From positions 37,076,001 through 37,140,000 of the forward strand of contig OZ360240.1 in the NCBI GenBank assembly GCA_977017645.1: DNA of 64,000 nucleotides, given 5' to 3'. The position numbers and the translations under genes were made by a program. Shown piece after piece: positions 60,327-64,000 of the stretch. Origin of the DNA: Torpedo marmorata. Its lineage: Eukaryota. The notes under the pieces are model-generated. The model worked only from the letters and a program-made list of their open reading frames with translations. It ran no database searches and was not told where the DNA came from. Within the stretch, counting starts at the first letter, position 1. Each line of letters starts with the position of its first letter.

Positions 60327-60584
60327 ATTTATTTATTTAGACATACAGCACGGTAACAGGCCATTTCGGTGCACGAGCCCGTGCCGCCTAATTACACCCA
60401 ATTAACCTACAACCCCCGGTACGTTTTGAACGGTGGGAGGAAACCAGAGCCCCCGGGGAAAACCCACGCAGACACGGGGAGAACGTACAAACTCCTTACA
60501 GACAGCGCGGGATTCGAACCCCGGTCCCGGTCACTGGCGCTGTAACAGCGTTGTGCTAACCGCTACGCCAACCGTGCCGTCCCC
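60327..60584 (-). mobile_element. Full-length V-SINE (HE1-like)
   Basis: Minus strand GGGGACGGCACGGTTGGCGTAGCGG (A box) ... GGTTCGAATCC (B box), V-domain, (AAAT)n tail. CpGs largely retained, suggesting a young copy. Confidence 0.9.
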
Positions 60585-61457
60585 TTTTTTTTCTGAGAAA
60601 GAGATATTAATCAGTTTTTCCAATAAGCAAATAGACCCATCATTAAATATGTCCAAGAAATAGAAATAGATATATTTTCTAATACTTAATGTGATTGAGC
60701 AATATGGAGTGATAGTGGGAACTGAAATTTCAGCCATAATCACATTCAACTTTGGAGCACACCAAACGGTTTAATTGGCTTATCTTGCTCCTTCTTGTTA
60801 AGTTTATATTTGGTTCACCACTTGCCTCTGCCGCCACATCTTGTTTCACTCCTTATTTTTGATTTTACCTCTGTGAAGTGTCTCAAAAGATTTTTTACTG
60901 TTAAATAGTCGATATTAATTATTGTTGCAAATCTCCTGATTGAATATGTCAGTTGCAATTGCTGTTAAACATACGATTATAATATATTCCTTGGAGCAAT
61001 CTATACATTAAAGTTGACTTCCATCTGACATTTAATGGGAGCAACAATTGCTTCAATGCTATTTTGTGTCCATTTAGGCAGAAATAGATACTGCTCCTTT
61101 AAATTAGCCATTATGTCATTGAGTCAACATTAACTGCTTTAATTTACTTTGGAAGTTAAACATTGCAGAGGAGGAATACATTTCAGACTATTAAGAAGCC
61201 TGAAAAGTCTCAGAGAAGAATTAAGTTATGAAATGATAGTTGGTTTATACTAAGTATCCTGATGCAATATGGAACTGAATGTAGATTTTCTGCTTTGTTC
61301 ATGACTTCTTATATTTAGTCAGCATTCTCCTTCAATTCATCTGAAGATTATTCATAAAATTGAACAAGAACAGGTCACTTTGGCTTAGTAGACCATGCCT
61401 GTGTTTATATAGCTCACAAACTTCTCCCACCCAATCCCATCACTGTAACTGTACCTC

Positions 61458-61688
61458 TTTAAATTTAAATTTTTTAAAAATTTAGACGTACAGCACGGTA
61501 ACAGGCCCTTTCAATCCATGAGCCCGTGCCGCCCAATTACACCCAATTAACCTCCATCCCCAGTACATTTTTGGACGGTGGGAGGAAACCCACGCAGACA
61601 CAGGGAGAATGTACAAACTCCTTACAGACAGCGCTGTATTAGAACCCCGGTCGCTGGCACTGTAAATGCTACGCTAACCGTGCCGCCT
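61458..61688 (-). mobile_element. V-SINE copy inside an old CR1 remnant (about 61350-61900)
   Basis: Homologous to 60327-60584, with deletions. Confidence 0.85.
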
Positions 61689-62213
61689 TTCTTTCCAGCG
61701 TATTTGCCGGGCTTCTCCTAAATACAGCACACTTTGGAACAACCATTCCACATGCTTTCAGCAACACTTGGGTTAAAGATTTTTCTCCTCAATACTCTAT
61801 TGGATTCATCAGTCTCTTACTTGTCCCTTGTTTAAACTCTTCCTGACAAATGAAGATCTTTGTTATATTTATCCAATCAAATGCTTAAATAAATAAAACC
61901 CTCTTGGACTTTTCAGTGCTTTGCTGTTTAGTTTTGTCATTGGGGTATGATGCTTCTTTTACAAGTTTCCACATCAGGTGCTCAGGGCTGGATGGTAACT
62001 TGGAAGTAAGGGTGTTTTGAGGTTGGGAAGTATGGATTTCCAAAACACCTTGTATTATCTATATTCTATACTTTTAATGTTGTGTCCTGCCATTGCCGGT
62101 TAGTCAAGGTCTTGTTGGGTGGGTTGAGGTGTGAATGGTGGAATGGGAGTTAGGAAATCAATTGGGCTCAATCATCAGCCAAGTAGTACATTATGTACTG
62201 ATAGAATCACAAA

Positions 62214-62546
62214 CGAGGTGGTGTCTTAAAAAAGCAGCCTCTATCCTCAAAGACCCCCGCCACCCAGGCCATGCCCTCTTCACTCTGCTACCATCAGGAA
62301 AAAAGTACAGGAGCCTAAAGACGAGCACTCAACGACACAAGGACAGCTTCTTCCCCGCTGCCATCAGATTCCTAAATAATCAATGAACCAAAGACACTTG
62401 CCTTACTTTTCGTGCACTATTATTTATTTATTTTTTATAGTAATGTCGTAAGATGGTTATAATATGAATGTTTGCACTATGATGCCGCCGCAAAACACCG
62501 AATTTCATGACTTGTTCATGACAATTGATTCTGATTCTGATTCTGA
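62214..62546 (+). mobile_element. Rex1 3' fragment, near-identical to 9646-9978
   Basis: RWCLKKAASILKDPRHPGHALFTLLPSGKKYRSLKTSTQRHKDSFFPAAIRFLN. (ATTCTG)n tail. Confidence 0.9.
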
Positions 62547-62570
62547 AATGCAAAGTGGAAAATGCAAAAT

Positions 62571-62815
62571 GAGCAGCACAGTTAGCGTAGCGGTTAGTGC
62601 AACGCTGTTACAGCGCCAGTTTCGAATCCGGCGCTTCTGTAAGTTTTTTTACGTTCTCCCCGTGCCTGTGTGGGTTTCCTCTGGGTGCTCTGGTTTCCTC
62701 TCACCCTTCAAAACGCACTGGGTTCTAGGTCAATTGGGTGTAATTGGGCGGGATGGACTCGAGGTCCGAAATGGCCTGTTACCATGCTGCATGTCTAAAT
62801 TTAAATTTAAAATTA
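62571..62815 (+). mobile_element. V-SINE copy
   Basis: gcagcacagttagcgtagcggttag...tttcgaatcc...acgttctccccgtg. Confidence 0.85.
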
Positions 62816-63669
62816 TAAAACACATCAAGAGCAGTTAGTGCACACTTCCCCTAAATACAACGTATTGAAGAAAGGTTAAATTAAAAACAGGAATTGCATT
62901 TTATTCTCTGTTATGTTTTAAAGCTCAGATGATTAGTTCTTTATATATAAATGCATGGAAAGGCAAGATTCAGAAAGTTTTAAAACTACCATTAGGTATT
63001 GATTTAAGTCATTGACTCCAGAAAGAGCACTGCAGCAATTTTTTATTGCAACTATTTTTACGTGATCAGGTTGATGTTTTATTTAGTTTTGTACGGGCAA
63101 TTAACAGATTGTTGATATTTGGTTTAAGTTATCACTCACTGGAAAAGTTATTTGAATTCAACAGCAAGTTGCGATTATCCTTACAACATCAGAACTATCT
63201 CTTTTCGGTGACAGCAGGGTGACTTCACCATTGATTTTACGACATTCCGAATGACACTCAGTACTCTTCCGAATTCAGATTAATAAACCTATTTATTTAT
63301 TTAATATAGTCAGAGTTCTACACAGTGTTGAAGTTCCTCTTTGTCAAAATGCTATCTCCTTGTAAATAAGAGGGTAAGGGTGGGGCAATGGATGGGGTGA
63401 AGAGCAGAGGCTCTACATGGTGGACTCAATTTTTGCTCCATAACCACTGGCTTTTACTGAAAGAATAGCTGTCTAGGAGTGGAAATAGGCAAATTATATT
63501 TCTCCTACCCTGTGAGAAATATACTGTGAGAAATGAAGGAAAATGAGCAGAGAAATGAACAAACCTCGCACTATATTGAGGGATATAAACAGGATTTAAA
63601 TGACATGAAAAATTATTTTGTCAAAGAGCAAGAGGATGTTATTGAAATGCCACGTTGTGAATTAATCTT

Positions 63670-63955
63670 GTCCCTCAGGTGCTGTCTTGTGCAAAGTTTG
63701 CATGTTTTCTTTGTAACCATGTGGGTGTCTCCAGGCTCTCTGCTTTCTCCCACATCCCAAAAAAAATGAGCCGCAAGGTTAACTGTCCACAGTAAATTAC
63801 CCCTTGGTGCAGTTTAATGGCCAAGGAGAGCTGATGGACATGTGTGAGCTATAATACGTTGCAGAAGTACAGGGAATTAGAGGGGAGAATGAGATTGATA
63901 GGATGGCTCTGCTGGGATGAACAGAATGGTCTCCTTCTGTGTGGTTATGAGACAA
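63670..63955 (+). mobile_element. Older diverged V-SINE
   Basis: agtttgcatgttttctttgtaaccatgtgggtgtctccagg...ctcccacatcccaaa (V-domain-like). Confidence 0.6.
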
Positions 63956-64000
63956 GTTTTCGAGTCTGCTGCAAATGCTGCGTCAGAAAACTAGGAAATC

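Overview
Eukaryotic (vertebrate) genomic DNA, most likely from a cartilaginous fish. This is inferred from V-SINE/HE1-like and Deu-domain SINEs plus abundant CR1, Rex1, L1 and Penelope fragments. The only host protein-coding sequence I can support is the first coding exon of netrin-1 (ntn1) on the minus strand: exon 33559-34623, CDS 33559-34576, encoding signal peptide, laminin N-terminal domain VI and the first EGF repeat, ending at a phase-1 GT donor. Positions 1-33558 are a large intron with no further ntn1 exon recognised. Positions 34.6-64 kb are the 5' region. A CpG-retaining domain spans about 30-51.4 kb and holds candidate regulatory blocks, candidate non-coding first exons and an out-of-frame upstream ORF overlapping the ntn1 start. 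The rest is transposable element debris: LINEs, SINEs, solo LTRs, hAT/Tigger/Tc2/MULE-like DNA elements and a 16 x 36-bp minisatellite. The most interesting signal is a family of about 10 short Penelope-derived inserts carrying minimal type I hammerhead-ribozyme motifs (YUGANGA...GAAACGUH). Several are fold-back elements with their own 14-15 bp target-site duplications, and a GIY-YIG Penelope fragment in the window ends in the same motif. All calls were made by eye without database searches, and the boundaries of old repeats are approximate.
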